Assembly (NCBI RefSeq): GCF_000372725.1
Contig: NW_005201792.1
Location: 871,440-935,439, forward strand
Origin: Emiliania huxleyi CCMP1516
Lineage: Eukaryota
Direction of reading: 5' to 3'
DNA length: 64,000 nucleotides
Position 1 is the first letter of the stretch. Each line of letters starts with the position of its first letter. Positions 22,599-34,775 of the stretch are shown one piece after another. Under the pieces are notes generated by a model, which saw only the letters and a list, made by a program, of their open reading frames with translations, was not told the origin of the DNA and searched no databases. The position numbers were made by a program, and so were the translations under genes.

Positions 22599-24262
22599 AT
22601 GGCTTCCACCGCGGCGGCGAGGCTAACGGGCAAGGTCGCCCTGGTCACCGGCGCGGGTTCTGGCATCGGCCGCGCGTCCGCCCTCGCGCTCGGCCGCGAG
22701 GGTGCCTCTCTCGTCCTCGTCGGCCGGCGACAGGCGCCGCTGGAGGAGACTGCGGGAGCGCTGAAGGCGCTCGACCCGGCCGCTGCTCCGCTGGTGCAGC
22801 CGACGGACTGCACCGATCCGGCGGCCGTGTCGGCGCTCTTCCGTGCCGTCGAGGAGCGTCACGGCCGCCTGGATGTCCTATTCAACAACGCGGGATCGGG
22901 CGCGCCGCCTCAGAGATCACTCACTCCGACCTCTGAGAGACTTGCGAGAGGCGCGTGAAATGTCGAGCGGCGTCGGAGACGCCGCATGCGTTCCGGTCGC
23001 ACGTGACGGAGCTTGCAACTCTCAGGCGCCCCGGCTCTGCCCCTGGACGAGCTGCCGGTGGAGGAGTGGCGGTGAGATCCGCCGAGATCCGCCGAGATTG
23101 GTCGAGATCAGCTTAGAAGGAGATCAGCCACCCGCTGCCTGAGCCCGGCGTGAGAGACCTCCAGTCTCAGCGGGCGCGAGTCTGCGCCCCTCGACCCTCT
23201 GCCGAGCCCACGCCGCCTCCCTGCCGCCTCTGCTGCCAGCCGAGTGCTCAGCAATAATAATAATAATAGTAATAATCTCTGCTGCCAGCCGAGTGCTCGA
23301 CGTCAACCTGTCCGCCGTCTTCCTCTGCTCGCGCGAGGCGTTCGCTCTGATGAAGCGGCAGGCGCCGCAGGGCGGCCGCATCATCAACAACGGCGACCCG
23401 CACACACCCCGCCGGACGCGCCTCCACGCACCTTAGCCACACCTCCGCCTCCGCCGCACCTCGGCCACACCTCGGCCGCACCTCGGCCGCACCTCGGCCG
23501 CACCTCGGCTGTATCTCGGCTGCACCTCGGCCGCACCTCGGCTACAGGCTCCGTCTCGGCGGACCGGCCGCGACCAAACAGCGCCCCCTACACCGCGACC
23601 AAGCACGCGGTGACCGGCCTCACCAAGAGCTGCTCGCTCGACGGCGAGATGTCGCCGAGACTGGCTCCGAGAGGAGTCCGAGAGGGGACGGAGGGAGTCG
23701 CGGCCATCTTCGGCCAGCTGTGAGTAGAGACGCGTGTGGCTGGCACGCTAGGCCGGCCGTGGAACATCGCCTGCGGCCAGATCGATATTGGCAACGCCGA
23801 CACGTCGCTCGCCGCCGCCTTCAAGACGGGCGTGCCGCAGGCGAGATCGAGCCGAGATCGAGCCGAGATCGAGCCGAGATCCGGCCCAGCTTTGGTGCGG
23901 CGAGACCGCCGCCGACCAAACTCGCTGCCTCCCATCTCGGTACATCTCGGCTCAACTCTCGGTCAGTCAATCTCGGTACACCTCGGCCGGCTGCAGCTCG
24001 GCTGCATCTCGGCTGCATCTCGGCAGGCGAACGGCGAGGTCAAGACAGAGCCCACGATGGACGTGGACGACGTCGGCCGCGCGGTGGCGTACATGGCGTG
24101 CGGTAGCCGAGATGGAGCCGGGGCGGAGTTGAGATGCAGGCGAGGCGTGGCCGAGGTTCAGCCGACAGCGCGTGCCGTGAGTAGGCGAGTCTGCCGCTCG
24201 AGGCGAACGTGCTGCAGATGACGGTCATGGCCAACAGCATGCCACTCATCGGCCGAGGCTAG
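22599..24262 (+). CDS. Short-chain dehydrogenase/reductase, 6 introns
   Basis: [31 protein letters not shown] (YxxxK), [11 protein letters not shown]-terminal MPLIGRG. Confidence 0.92.
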
Positions 24263-24797
24263 CGCCAAGTCAGCTCGGGCAAGGTTGAGTAGAGAAGTGC
24301 ATGTCGTGAGGCGGCGGCCACGCGCGATTCGCCGGTATGGCTTGCGACCGAATAATTTTGTACCGAGGGTTGCCGCGCAGCGCGAGACGCGAGAGTTTGC
24401 TCTAGTTCGGTGGTCGCCTCCGGTTACCCCCCGCCGCTGAACGTCTTTTCTCTCTTCATAAGGCCCTCTGCGCAGCACAGGACGAGTTTTGCCCGCGCTG
24501 CATCAAAAATTTGTTTACGCATTACGGGAGAGACACGACCCCCCCAGACGCCAGAGCGCGGTGGCCGGTGCAGCTGGCTCGTGGCAGCGCCGCCCCTCTC
24601 GGCCGTGCCAGGCGGAATCCGGAAAGCGAAAGACTTCCGTCACATCTCACACACACGTACCAGCACGGCGAGCAAGTCCTCGCGCCGGCTGCTCCTGTGG
24701 GCTTGCCCACTGGCCGAATCACGCGCGACCAGCGCTCCGGCGTGACTCCGACAGCGGACAGACCCGGCCGGAGGGGAAGCTGCACGGTGACCCGCAA

Positions 24798-26125
24798 TCA
24801 CTTTCCGAAGGAGATGTTGTACGAGCCTGTGGCCGGGTCCTTCTCCGCCTTGAAGTTGTCGAGCGACATGCCGAACCGGCCGAGGATGTTGTTGCCTGCG
24901 GCCGGGAGAGAGGTTGAGAGAGAGAGAGAAAGAGAGCCGCGCTGCACCGCTGTGCCCGCACAAACCCGGCCACATCTCCAGCCGCATCTCCGGCCCCCTC
25001 CATGTGCCCCCTCTCTGCTACATCGCCGCCCAAGTCCTTCAGCTTCCCGAGCATCTCCTCCTTCTGCGCCTCCAGCTTTGCCGCCGCCGCAGCCTACTGC
25101 CAGGACCAGACACGGTGCAGAAGGCTCACACCGCTTCCCAGCCTCGCCGCCGCCGTCGCCTCCAGCCGAGGCAGCGCCGCCGTCGCCTCGCGCCGCTCCT
25201 TGGAGCCGGAGGGCGCCTGTGGGGGAGGTGGGGCACCGAGGTGCGGCCGAGGTGCGGCCGAGGTGCGGCCGAGGTGCGGCCGAGGTGCGGCCGAGGTGCG
25301 GCCGAGGTGCGGCCGAGAAGTAGCAGAGAAGAGGCGGCGCCTGCTCCGCTACGCTCCTCATGTCCTCGGCCGCCTCCGAAGGCTCGTCCAGCGCCTCGCG
25401 CGCCTTTGCGCGGCGCAGCAGCACCTGAGCCGCGAGCAAGACAGGCGGGTCCGGAGCCTCGGAAGGGTCTCGTAAGAGTCTTGTCGCAGCAGCGCCTTGA
25501 CGTAGCCTGGTCGCAGGGCCAGCGCCGCCGAGCAGTCCGCCACCGCGTTCTGGTGCTCGCCAAGCCTCGCGTAGCAGGCGGCGCGGTTGCCGTAAAACAC
25601 CGCCCGCTCGGCGCACTCTGCGGCCACAGACACGAGGGATCCGCAGCGAGTGCGATGGCGGAGCCAGCGGAGCGGCGAGGTGAGGGGCGAGGTGAGATGA
25701 GAGCGCACTGAGGCCGCTGGCTAGGAAAGGGCGCGGGAAAGGCGCTCGGGGCGAGTGCGGCAGGAAGCGGTCGCAGGGTCCGCAACCAGATCAGATGAGT
25801 CTCGGGTGTGCGATATGCTGACAGCGAATTTTACGACAGAGGCGTGGCGAGGCGCGCCGTCAGTGACTGCGTCGATGGCATCCGAGTAGTACTCAAGCGC
25901 CTCCACGTACTCGCCCGCGCCGAAAGCCGTGTTGCCCTGCTCCTTGGACAGCAGCGCCTCTGCCAGCGCCCGCGCCGCCGCCACCCTGCTCGGCTCGGAC
26001 GGACCCATCCCGGCCGCAGCCTCGGCGATCGCGACACCGACTCCCCTCAAGCCGCTGCGCTGGTCAGCGGGTGTGGGCCTCGCGAGCGCGGGCGCGGGCG
26101 CGGGGATCTCCTCGATTATCGCCAT
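24798..26125 (-). CDS. TTC1: TPR protein, TTC1-like, multiple introns
   Basis: KEQGNTAFGAGEYVEALEYYSDAI; YGNRAACYARL; C-terminus MLGKLKDLG-NNILGRFGMSLDNFKAEKDPATGSYNISF, typical of TTC1. Confidence 0.85.
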
Positions 26126-26556
26126 TCTCGAGGCGCGGCGCGGCGACTTTCTTGGGCAGCCCTTGAGAGCCGAGCGAGTTCTTTTATACAGGCCAAGTCA
26201 GGTTTTTGCTCATGGTGCATCCACTCACACCACCGCAGTACAATCGATTGAGTCCGGGTTTTTTATGCGTATGATTGTAAGGGCGTGGGGACCCGCCCCA
26301 GGACAGGCTCTGGCGTATGATGGAGCGCTCTGGTGCCGAGGAGAGCCGCTGGCACGAGGTAGATGTGAAGCCACGACGGGTCGATACAGCAGGCCGACCA
26401 GAGAGTGCAGAGTGAGCACTGCCCCTCTCCAAGATCGACTCCTGTGGAGAAGCCCGCCTAGGACCATCAAGGGGAGGCCAGGTACACTTGACCCGCGCAA
26501 AGAGCTCTTCCGAAACTGCGAAACAAAGTCTCCTGACACGTGCTCCCTCTGGACAG

Positions 26557-26863
26557 GCGGTTGGAGGGATGGACGAGATGGGAGGCGGCACCGGCAGCCT
26601 AGATGGCCGGAATGCGAGAATACACCGAGATCGCTCCAGATTACTCGAGATCTTCCTAGATCGGGAACGCACTCATGCATCAGGGCGAGCATCGAGAGGA
26701 CGCGTCACCTGCTGCGGCTCAGCGCTCTCAGCAGACACTGTATTGCACCTCGTTGGACCTAATTTCACACCCACACTTGCCGCCGCTCACTTCGAACGGT
26801 GAGCAGCGCCTCTCCACATTTCTAGCTGTGACCAGGCATGCCGATGGACGGCGGGATGGGCGA

Positions 26864-26922
<59 letters not shown>

Positions 26923-27707
26923 ACTCGGCCCCGCCCGACTTTTCGATGCCCACCGTCGGCCCTCTCGCAGAGTGGAGGATGACACAGGCGCGCGAGCTGC
27001 CCTCCTCTTGCCCCCCCCCCCCCCCTGGCGCTTGTGCTAGTCCGTACCGCTGGAGACCCACCTGGCCTTGGGAGTGCCCCTTCCGACGCCCCTCCCGCTG
27101 CGTGCAGGAGAACAAGCTCGCCGAGCGTGCTTCGGTCGCCGCAGCGGCACTGTCCGAGAAGCAGGCCGAGGCGCGGAGCGCGCTCGACCAGTTTTACGCG
27201 GAGCGGAAGGTGAAGAGCGAGGCCAAGGCAAAGAGCAACAAGGAGGAGGAGGCGCCCTTCTTCCTGCGTTCGCCAGCGCTACGCGTGAAGGAGGACCAAT
27301 CATTCACCGCACGAGGCGTGACCCGCGTAGGCGTCCTTCGTGGCCGACCGCGACGCGACAATGGCCACGGACAGCTGGGAGTCGGTGATGCTTGCCCAGC
27401 CTCACCTCAAAATCGCACCGTTCAATCCTGGACCGCATATAGCTCTCCAGCTAACCCAGCTCCTCCGCCCCCCCCCCCCCCGCCGCCGCCGCCGCCCGCC
27501 GCCGCCGCTAAGATTTGCAAGATGGTGGACCTCAACGTCAAGGATGGCGAGAAAGACAACCCAAAGCCGGTGCGCGCCCAAGCGAACCCCAAGAGAGTCA
27601 AAAGAGACTTTGCTCCACATTTTGCCGGCACGCTTCTCTAGGTGGACCGTATGCGCGGGATGCTCTTCAAGCTCAAGGCGGCGCCCGCGGCTGGGGTGGC
27701 GTTCTGA
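26557..27707 (+). CDS. CLC: Clathrin light chain (5' exons uncertain)
   Basis: GGM-rich N-terminus, then LAEW..ENKLAER..ALDQFYAERK..NKEEE-ASFVADRD..SWES-ICKMVDL..VDRMRGMLFKLK, matching the light-chain pattern. Confidence 0.8.
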
Positions 27708-28207
27708 GACCGCCCAATCGAGTTGGTGAGGCGGGCACCCGCCCCACTTGCTTGTGTCTCGCGCGGAGCGGGACAGGTTGAGCCGCACATGAAGCGAGAG
27801 GGAGTACTCCGCACAGCTGGATCGCGTCGCCTTTGTAGTGCCTTTTTTTGTGCACCATTGGAGCACTTGGAGTGCAGTCATTAATCTCACATCCAGGGCC
27901 GGGGAGGGCTAAGAAGCGCACCCAGCGGGCCGGATGATTGGCATCGGGTTGCGGGCAAGAAAGCCCTAGGCCTAGCCCTGGGGGTGCGCGGTCGCAGCAC
28001 GCAGGGAAATTAAGGGCCTTAAAGTAAACACGGGTCCCCGAGGGTTAGCTCTGCGCTCCGGGTTTCCCCTAGCAGCGGAACGCCCCCTCTACTCGGGGCT
28101 AGTAGACACCAGACACTAGCACGACAACACACACATTCCTCACTGACATCACCGCTCGGAACCCCCCGCGCACGGTCTCCTCACCAGGCCCATCATTTTT
28201 TGTCAGT

Positions 28208-30121
28208 ATGGCTATCAGCATGGCGATGCTTGGGCTGGAGTCATTCCGGTGCCGGTTGGCTGGAGTCCTACGATTCATCCGTCAGCTAAGCCTGCTCCGA
28301 CTCGTCCCGCGCTGGGTGCGCGCTCGCGTGCGACGCCATCACGGCGGCTGGAAATACGCTTGCGACTCCGCCAACCATCGCAAGTGGCTGGCTCCGGCTC
28401 TCGAGGCGGCGGGGTTGCGGGAAGAGGAAGAGGGCTGGCGCGGCACTGCGGCGGTGCGCTGGACGCTGCGGAAGCGCGTACTGCCCGACCCGGTTGGCGC
28501 CGCAGCCTTCAACTGCCTGCCACAGCTGCAGCTGCTCGACGACAAGGCGTTGCTGGCGCTGCTCTGCCGCTCCTTCTCACGCACGGCGCCGCTAGTCACG
28601 CACGTGATTTACGGCGAGTGGGACGCCGCGCGCCTCGCGGCACTGCGCGAGCGGTGGGGCGCCTCTGCGTGCGACGAGCCGCGCTGGTTTCCAGATAGAT
28701 GGGAGCAAGGTCACGGCACTGGAGCATTGGAAGGGTTCGAGTGGCGGCGGCGGTCACACGAGCAAGACAGAGACAGCAAAGGGCTGGCGGCGCCCCGACG
28801 CAGCGACCTCCCTTCTAACCTCCAGCCGTGCGTAGGTGGATCATCAAGGACGCGCACTCGTCGAACGGCTTCTCCGCCGCGCTGCTCGACCTGATTTGAC
28901 TGGTGAAAGTGAGCCTCACCTCGATATTTAATCAGTTAGGCTTCTCCGCCGCGCTCTTCGACCGGCTCTCCCGGCCGCTCGAGCCGACGGACGTGCCGGG
29001 AGGCTACTGCTACGTGGTGCAGCAGTACGTCGACCGCCCGCTGCTGCTCGGCGGACGCAAGTTCGAGCTGCGGCAGTACGTCCTCCTCTGCGGCGACGGC
29101 GCCGGCTTCACCTACTCGACCGCCCTGCTGCGCCTCGCGTCGGTGCCGTACGAGCTTCGCTCCGAGGACCGCCGCGCGCACATCACCAACAAGTACGTGC
29201 AGACTGGGTGGGAGAGCACGTCGGAGCTGGTCGGCTCGCTGGACGACATCGAGTGGACCTCGGCCCGGTGGCCAGGCTACGAGCGGCTGCTCGAGGCGTC
29301 CCTCCTCCCCCTCCTGCGGGACCTGCTCGACGTGCTGCAGCCGCTGCTCGAGCGAGGCCGCCGCGCCGCGCCCGCCTCCGCCTCGCCGCTCCACTTCGAG
29401 CTCTTCGCCTGCGACCTCGTCGTGACCGCCGAAGGGGTGTGCAACCGAGATCCAGCCGAGATCCAGCCGAGATCCAGCCGAGATCCAGCCGAGATCCAGC
29501 CGAGATCCAGCCGAGATCCAGCCGATCTCCTGGGACAGGTGGCACACCTTATGGAGGTCAACATCAACCCTGCCTTCGGCGCTTTCTCGGAGGCGACGCA
29601 GGCCGCCCTCGTGCGCCCCCTCTTCGCCGACCTCGCCGCCCTCGTCCTCCTCGTCGCCGCACGTCAGCTCGCCCTCCCACACCGTCTCTTCACAGCCCCA
29701 CCCCTGTGAACAGGTCCTCCTCCCCGCAGCCGGCGAGCCGCCCCGCGCCGGGCGCTTTCGGCAGATCAGGGCCGCGGGGCAAGGCGCAGCGGCCACCGTC
29801 GCAGGCAGCGTGGCTGATGGCGAGGGCGGCGGTGAAGCCGGCGGCAGCGGCGGCAGCGGCGGCGCAGGTGCAGATAGCGCAGGCGGCTCAGACCGCAAAG
29901 GCGGCTCAGGCGCGGGCGGAGGCGGAGTCGGGCTCCCGCCAAAGGCGGTGGACGACCTCGCGGCGCACACGGCGTACATGCTCTTCAAGAAGAGCCACCG
30001 AAAGCGGTACGAGCGGCAGCCGAAGCCGAGCCCGTTGTGGCGCGGCGCGGCGGGCGGCGCGGGGGAGAGTGCCGGCAGCAGCTGCATGTCGGCTGCCGCC
30101 ACGTCAAATGGCCGGCTTTAA
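28208..30121 (+). CDS. Tubulin-tyrosine ligase-like (TTL/TTLL) protein, about 4 introns
   Basis: YVVQQYVDRPLLLGGRKFELRQYVL, AHITN, FELFACDLVV, LMEVNINP. Confidence 0.88.
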
Positions 30122-30367
30122 AACGTTACTGTCACTTAGCGTCTACGTACAGTTTGTGGTTAAGAGAGTGGTGTCATTGGAAGAACGACGAAAACGAAAT
30201 AATCCGCGCCGGATGCTGATCCCCGGGCGTGTGTGCGTGCGAGTGCTCTGTGTGCAGTGTGGCCTCCAAATCACCCCTCCCACCACTACCGAGCCAGCTC
30301 GAGCAAACGAGGGAGCGCCGAGCCGCAGCCGAGGTGCGAGGATGACAGTACCGCGCGTGATTCAAAG

Positions 30368-30705
30368 CTACAACACCTCGACCTCCGCCTCGCACCCTAT
30401 CAGCGGCGCCAACGAGAGCCGCTCCAGCACCAACCGCGGCGTCTCATCGCGAATCAGCAACTTGTGCCGCCCGGCGGGCACATCCTCCGGCACCCGAAGC
30501 CGCGCCACCACCGGCCCGCCAAGCTCTGGCGAGAGGACACTGCCAATCGGCCAAAATTGTGGCTCTGCGGCGTCGTCGTCGGCCGGAGCCGCCTCGAGCG
30601 CCACGCCCAGCGTCCGGCCCCACTCCTCTGGCGCCGGGAGCGCGCGGTCGTCGTGCGCCGCGTCGTGCGCCGCCTCCACCTCCTCCCCTGTGGCCTCCGA
30701 GAACG
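30368..30705 (-). pseudogene. Protein-like 3' fragment abutting the Pro-rich array
   Basis: EPQFWPIGSVLSPELGGPVVARLRVPEDVPAGRHKLLIRDETPRLVLERLSLAPLIG reads as globular sequence. Confidence 0.3.
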
Positions 30706-30707
30706 GC

Positions 30708-33700
30708 GTCGCCGCCACCCTCACCTCCACCCTCACCGCCGCCCTCACCGCCGCCCCCTTCACCGCCCCCCACGCCGCCGCCCTCGCCGCCGCCCTCGCC
30801 GCCACCACCCTCACCGCCGCCGCCCTCGAGCTCCGCGCCCTCGTCTGCGCCCTCCTCTTCGCCCTCGTCAGCTTCGAGCTCTGCCCCGTCGTCATCGCCC
30901 AGCGCCGCACCCTCCTCTTCTCCATCGTCAGCTTCGAGCTCCGCCCCGTCGTCATCGCCCAGCGCCGCACCCTCCTCTTCGCCCTCGTCGGCTCCTAGCT
31001 CCGCCCCCTCCTCTTCGCCCTCGTCAGCTTCGAGCTCCGCCCCCTCCTCCGCCCCCTCCGCCGCTCCCTCCTCTGCACCCAGTTCGACGGCTTCGCCTAC
31101 CGCGTCGCCCACTCCGTCGCCCACCTCCCCGCCGCCCTCACCACCACCGCCCTCGCCGCCACCGCCCTCGCCGCCGCCCTCACCTCCACCCTCACCGCCG
31201 CCCTCACCGCCGCCGCCCTCGCCGCCGCCCTCGCCGCCGCCCTCGCCGCCGCCCTCGCCGGCCGCCGCCCTCGCCGCCACCCTCACCTTCACCCTTACCG
31301 CCGGCCTCACCGCCGCCCCCTTCACCGCCCCCCACGCCGCCGCCCTCGCCGCCGCCCTGGCCGTCACCACCCTCACCGCCGCCGCCCTCGAGCTCCGCGC
31401 CCTCGTCTGCGCCCTCCTCTTCGCCCTCGTCAGCTTCGAGCTCTGCCCCGTCGTCATCGCCCAGCTCCGCGCCCTCCTCTTCTCCGTCGTCATCGCCCAG
31501 CGCCGCACCCTCCTCTTCTCCATCGTCAGCTTCGAGCTCCGCCCCGTCGTCATCGCCCAGCGCCGCCCCCTCCTCTTCTCCATCGTCGGCTCCTAGCTCC
31601 GCCCCCTCCTCCTCGCCCTCGTCAGCTTCGAGCTCCGCCCCCTCCTCCGCCCCCTCCGCCGCTCCCTCCTCTGCACCCAGTTCGACGGCTTCGCCTACAG
31701 CGTTGCCGACGGCTTCGCCTACCGCGTCGCCCACTCCGTCGCCCACCTCCCCGCCGCCCTCACCACCACCGCTCTCGCCGCCGCCGCCCTCGCCGCCGCC
31801 CTCACCTCCACCCTCACCGCCGCCCTCACCGCCGGCGCCCTCGCCGCCGCCCTCGCCGACGCCGTCGCCGCCGCCTGCCCCACCAACGGCATCGGGGACC
31901 CCGCCCTCCCCGACGCCGCCCGTAACACCNNNNNNNNNNNNNNNNNNNNNNNNNNNNNNNNNNNNNNNNNNNNNNNNNNNNNNNNNNNNNNNNNNNNNNN
32001 NNNNNNNNNNNNNNNNNNNNNNNNNNNNNNNNNNNNNNNNNNNNNNNNNNNNNNNNNNNNNNNNNNNNNNNNNNNNNNNNNNNNNNNNNNNNNNNNNNNN
32101 NNNNNNNNNNNNNNNNNNNNNNNNNNNNNNNNNNNNNNNNNNNNNNNNNNNNNNNNNNNNNNNNNNNNNNNNNNNNNNNNNNNNNNNNNNNNNNNNNNNN
32201 NNNNNNNNNNNNNNNNNNNNNNNNNNNNNNNNNNNNNNNNNNNNNNNNNNNNNNNNNNNNNNNNNNNNNNNNNNNNNNNNNNNNNNNNNNNNNNNNNNNN
32301 NNNNNNNNNNNNNNNNNNNNNNNNNNNNNNNNNNNNNNNNNNNNNNNNNNNNNNNNNNNNNNNNNNNNNNNNNNNNNNNNNNNNNNNNNNNNNNNNNNNN
32401 NNNNNNNNNNNNNNNNNNNNNNNNNNNCCTCCTCTTCTCCATCGTCAGCTTCGAGCTCCGCCCCGTCGTCATCGCCCAGCGCCGCCCCCTCCTCTTCTCC
32501 ATCGTCGGCTCCTAGCTCCGCCCCCTCCTCCTCGCCCTCGTCAGCTTCGAGCTCCGCCCCCTCCTCCGCCCCCTCCGCCGCTCCCTCCTCTGCACCCAGT
32601 TCGACGGCTTCGCCTACAGCGTTGCCGACGGCTTCGCCTACCGCGTCGCCCACTCCGTCGCCCACCTCCCCGCCCCCCTCACCACCACCGCCCTCGCCGC
32701 CACCGCCCTCGCCGCCGCCCTCACCTCCACCCTCACCGCCGCCCTCACCGCCGCCGCCCTCGCCGCCGCCCTCGCCGCCGCCCTCGCCGCCGCCCTCGCC
32801 GCCGCCACCCTCGCCGCCACCCTCACCTCCACCCTCACCGCCGCCCTCACCGCCGCCCCCTTCACCGCCCCCCACGCCGCCGCCCTCGCCGCCGCCCTCG
32901 CCGCCACCACAAGGACCGCCGCCGCCCTCGAGCTCTGCGCCCTCCTCTCTCTTTACCGACAGCTTCGAGCTCTGCCCCGTCGTCATGNNNNNNNNNNNNN
33001 NNNNNNNNNNNNNNNNNNNNNNNNNNNNNNNNNNNNNNNNNNNNNNNNNNNNNNNNNNNNNNNNNNNNNNNNNNNNNNNNNNNNNNNNNNNNNNNNNNNN
33101 NNNNNNNNNNNNNNNNNNNNNNNNNNTCGCTGTCGCCCTCGCCGCCTCCCATGCCGCCGCCGCCCTCACCGCCTCCCACGCCGCCGCCTCCGGCACCGCC
33201 GCCGCCTGCCCCACCGCCGCCCTCGCCGCCGCCGCCGTCGCTGTCGCCCTCGCCGCCTCCCACGCCGCCGCCGCCCTCACCGCCTCCCACGCCGCCGCCT
33301 CCGGCACCGCCGCCACCTGCCCCACCGCCGCCCTCGCCGCCGCCGCCGTCGCTGTCGCCCTCGCCGCCTCCCATGCCGCCGCCGCCCTCACCGCCTCCCA
33401 CGCCGCCGCCTCCGGCACCGCCGCCGCCTGCCCCTCCGCCACCCTCGCCGCCGCCGCCGTCGCTGTCGCCCTCACCGCCTCCCACACCGCCGCCTCCGGC
33501 ACCGCCGCCGCCGGCCCCTCCGCCGCCCTCGCCGCCGCCGCCGTCGCTGTCGCCCTCGCCGCCTCCCACGCCGCCGCCTCCGGCACCGCCGCCGCCGGCC
33601 CCGCCGCCACCCTCGCCGCCGCCGCCGTCGCTGTCGCCCTCACCGCCTCCCACACCACCGCCTCCGGTGCCGCCGCCGCCAGCCCCTCCGCCACCCTCGC

Positions 33701-34775
33701 CGCCGCCGCCGTCGCTGTCGCCCTCGCCGCCTCCCACGCCGCCGCCTCCGGTACCGCCGCCGCCGGCCCCGCCGCCACCCTCGCCGCCGCCGCCGTCGCT
33801 GTCGCCCTCACCGCCTCCCATGCCGCCGCCTCCGGTGCCGCCGCCGCCTGCCCCTCCGCCGACCTCGCAGCCGCCGCCGACGCTGTCGCCCTCACCGCCC
33901 CCCATTCCTCCGACCTCCACCCCGGCGCCAGACCCGACACCTCCCACGCCGCCGCCTACGGTAACGGCGACGTCTGACCACACGCCAGCCCTCAAGCGCC
34001 GCCATCGACGATGTCAGCCATCTCAGCTCGTGCACCGGCGGCTGCGGGCACTATGACGCCATCCCTTTCGACGACGCCGTNNNNNNNNNNNNNNNNNNNN
34101 NNNNNNNNNNNNNNNNNNNNNNNNNNNNNNNNNNNNNNNNNNNNNNNNNNNNNNNNNNNNNNNNNNNNNNNNNNNNNNNNAACCTACAAAGCCTCAACCT
34201 TCCGACCATATCCCTCAGGCACCACGCAACGGGCTTTGACAGCCACCCTCGACAGCTGACCCTTGCCCTCGTCCCTAGGCGCGGAACTCGTCGCTGACCT
34301 CGCCATCCCCATTCTAACCGCCGCCGCCTCGGAGCTCCGCACCCCTCGCCGCCACCACCCAGCCCGACACCTCCCTCGCCGCCACCGCCGCGCCCGCCGC
34401 CGCCATCCCCGCCTCCACCCAGCCCGCCTCCACCGTCGCCCCCACCGCCAGGCCCACCACCGCCATCGCCGCCGCCACCCTCGCCGCCTCCTCCGAGCCC
34501 GCCATCACCCTCGCCGCCACCGCCCTCGCCGCCGCCACCCTCGCCGCCGCCGCCCTCGCCACCGCCTCCGAGCCCTCCGCCTCCGAGCCCTCTGCCGCCC
34601 TCGCCGCCACCCCCAAGCCCGCCGCTGCCCAGCCCACCGCCTCCCTCGCCGCCGCCACCCTCGCTGCCACCACCCAGCCCGCCGCCTCCCTCGCCGCCGC
34701 CGCCGCGCCCGCCGCCGCCATCCCCGCCTCCGCCCAGCCCGCCGCCGCCGTCGCCCCCACCGCCAGGCCCACCAC
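30708..34775 (+). repeat. Ser/Pro-rich (SPPP, SSAPSS) extensin-like tandem array with gaps; may be coding
   Basis: Higher-order unit of about 598 bp (GCTCCTAGCTCC at 30991 and 31589); SPPP frames on the + strand; three N gaps. Confidence 0.85.
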
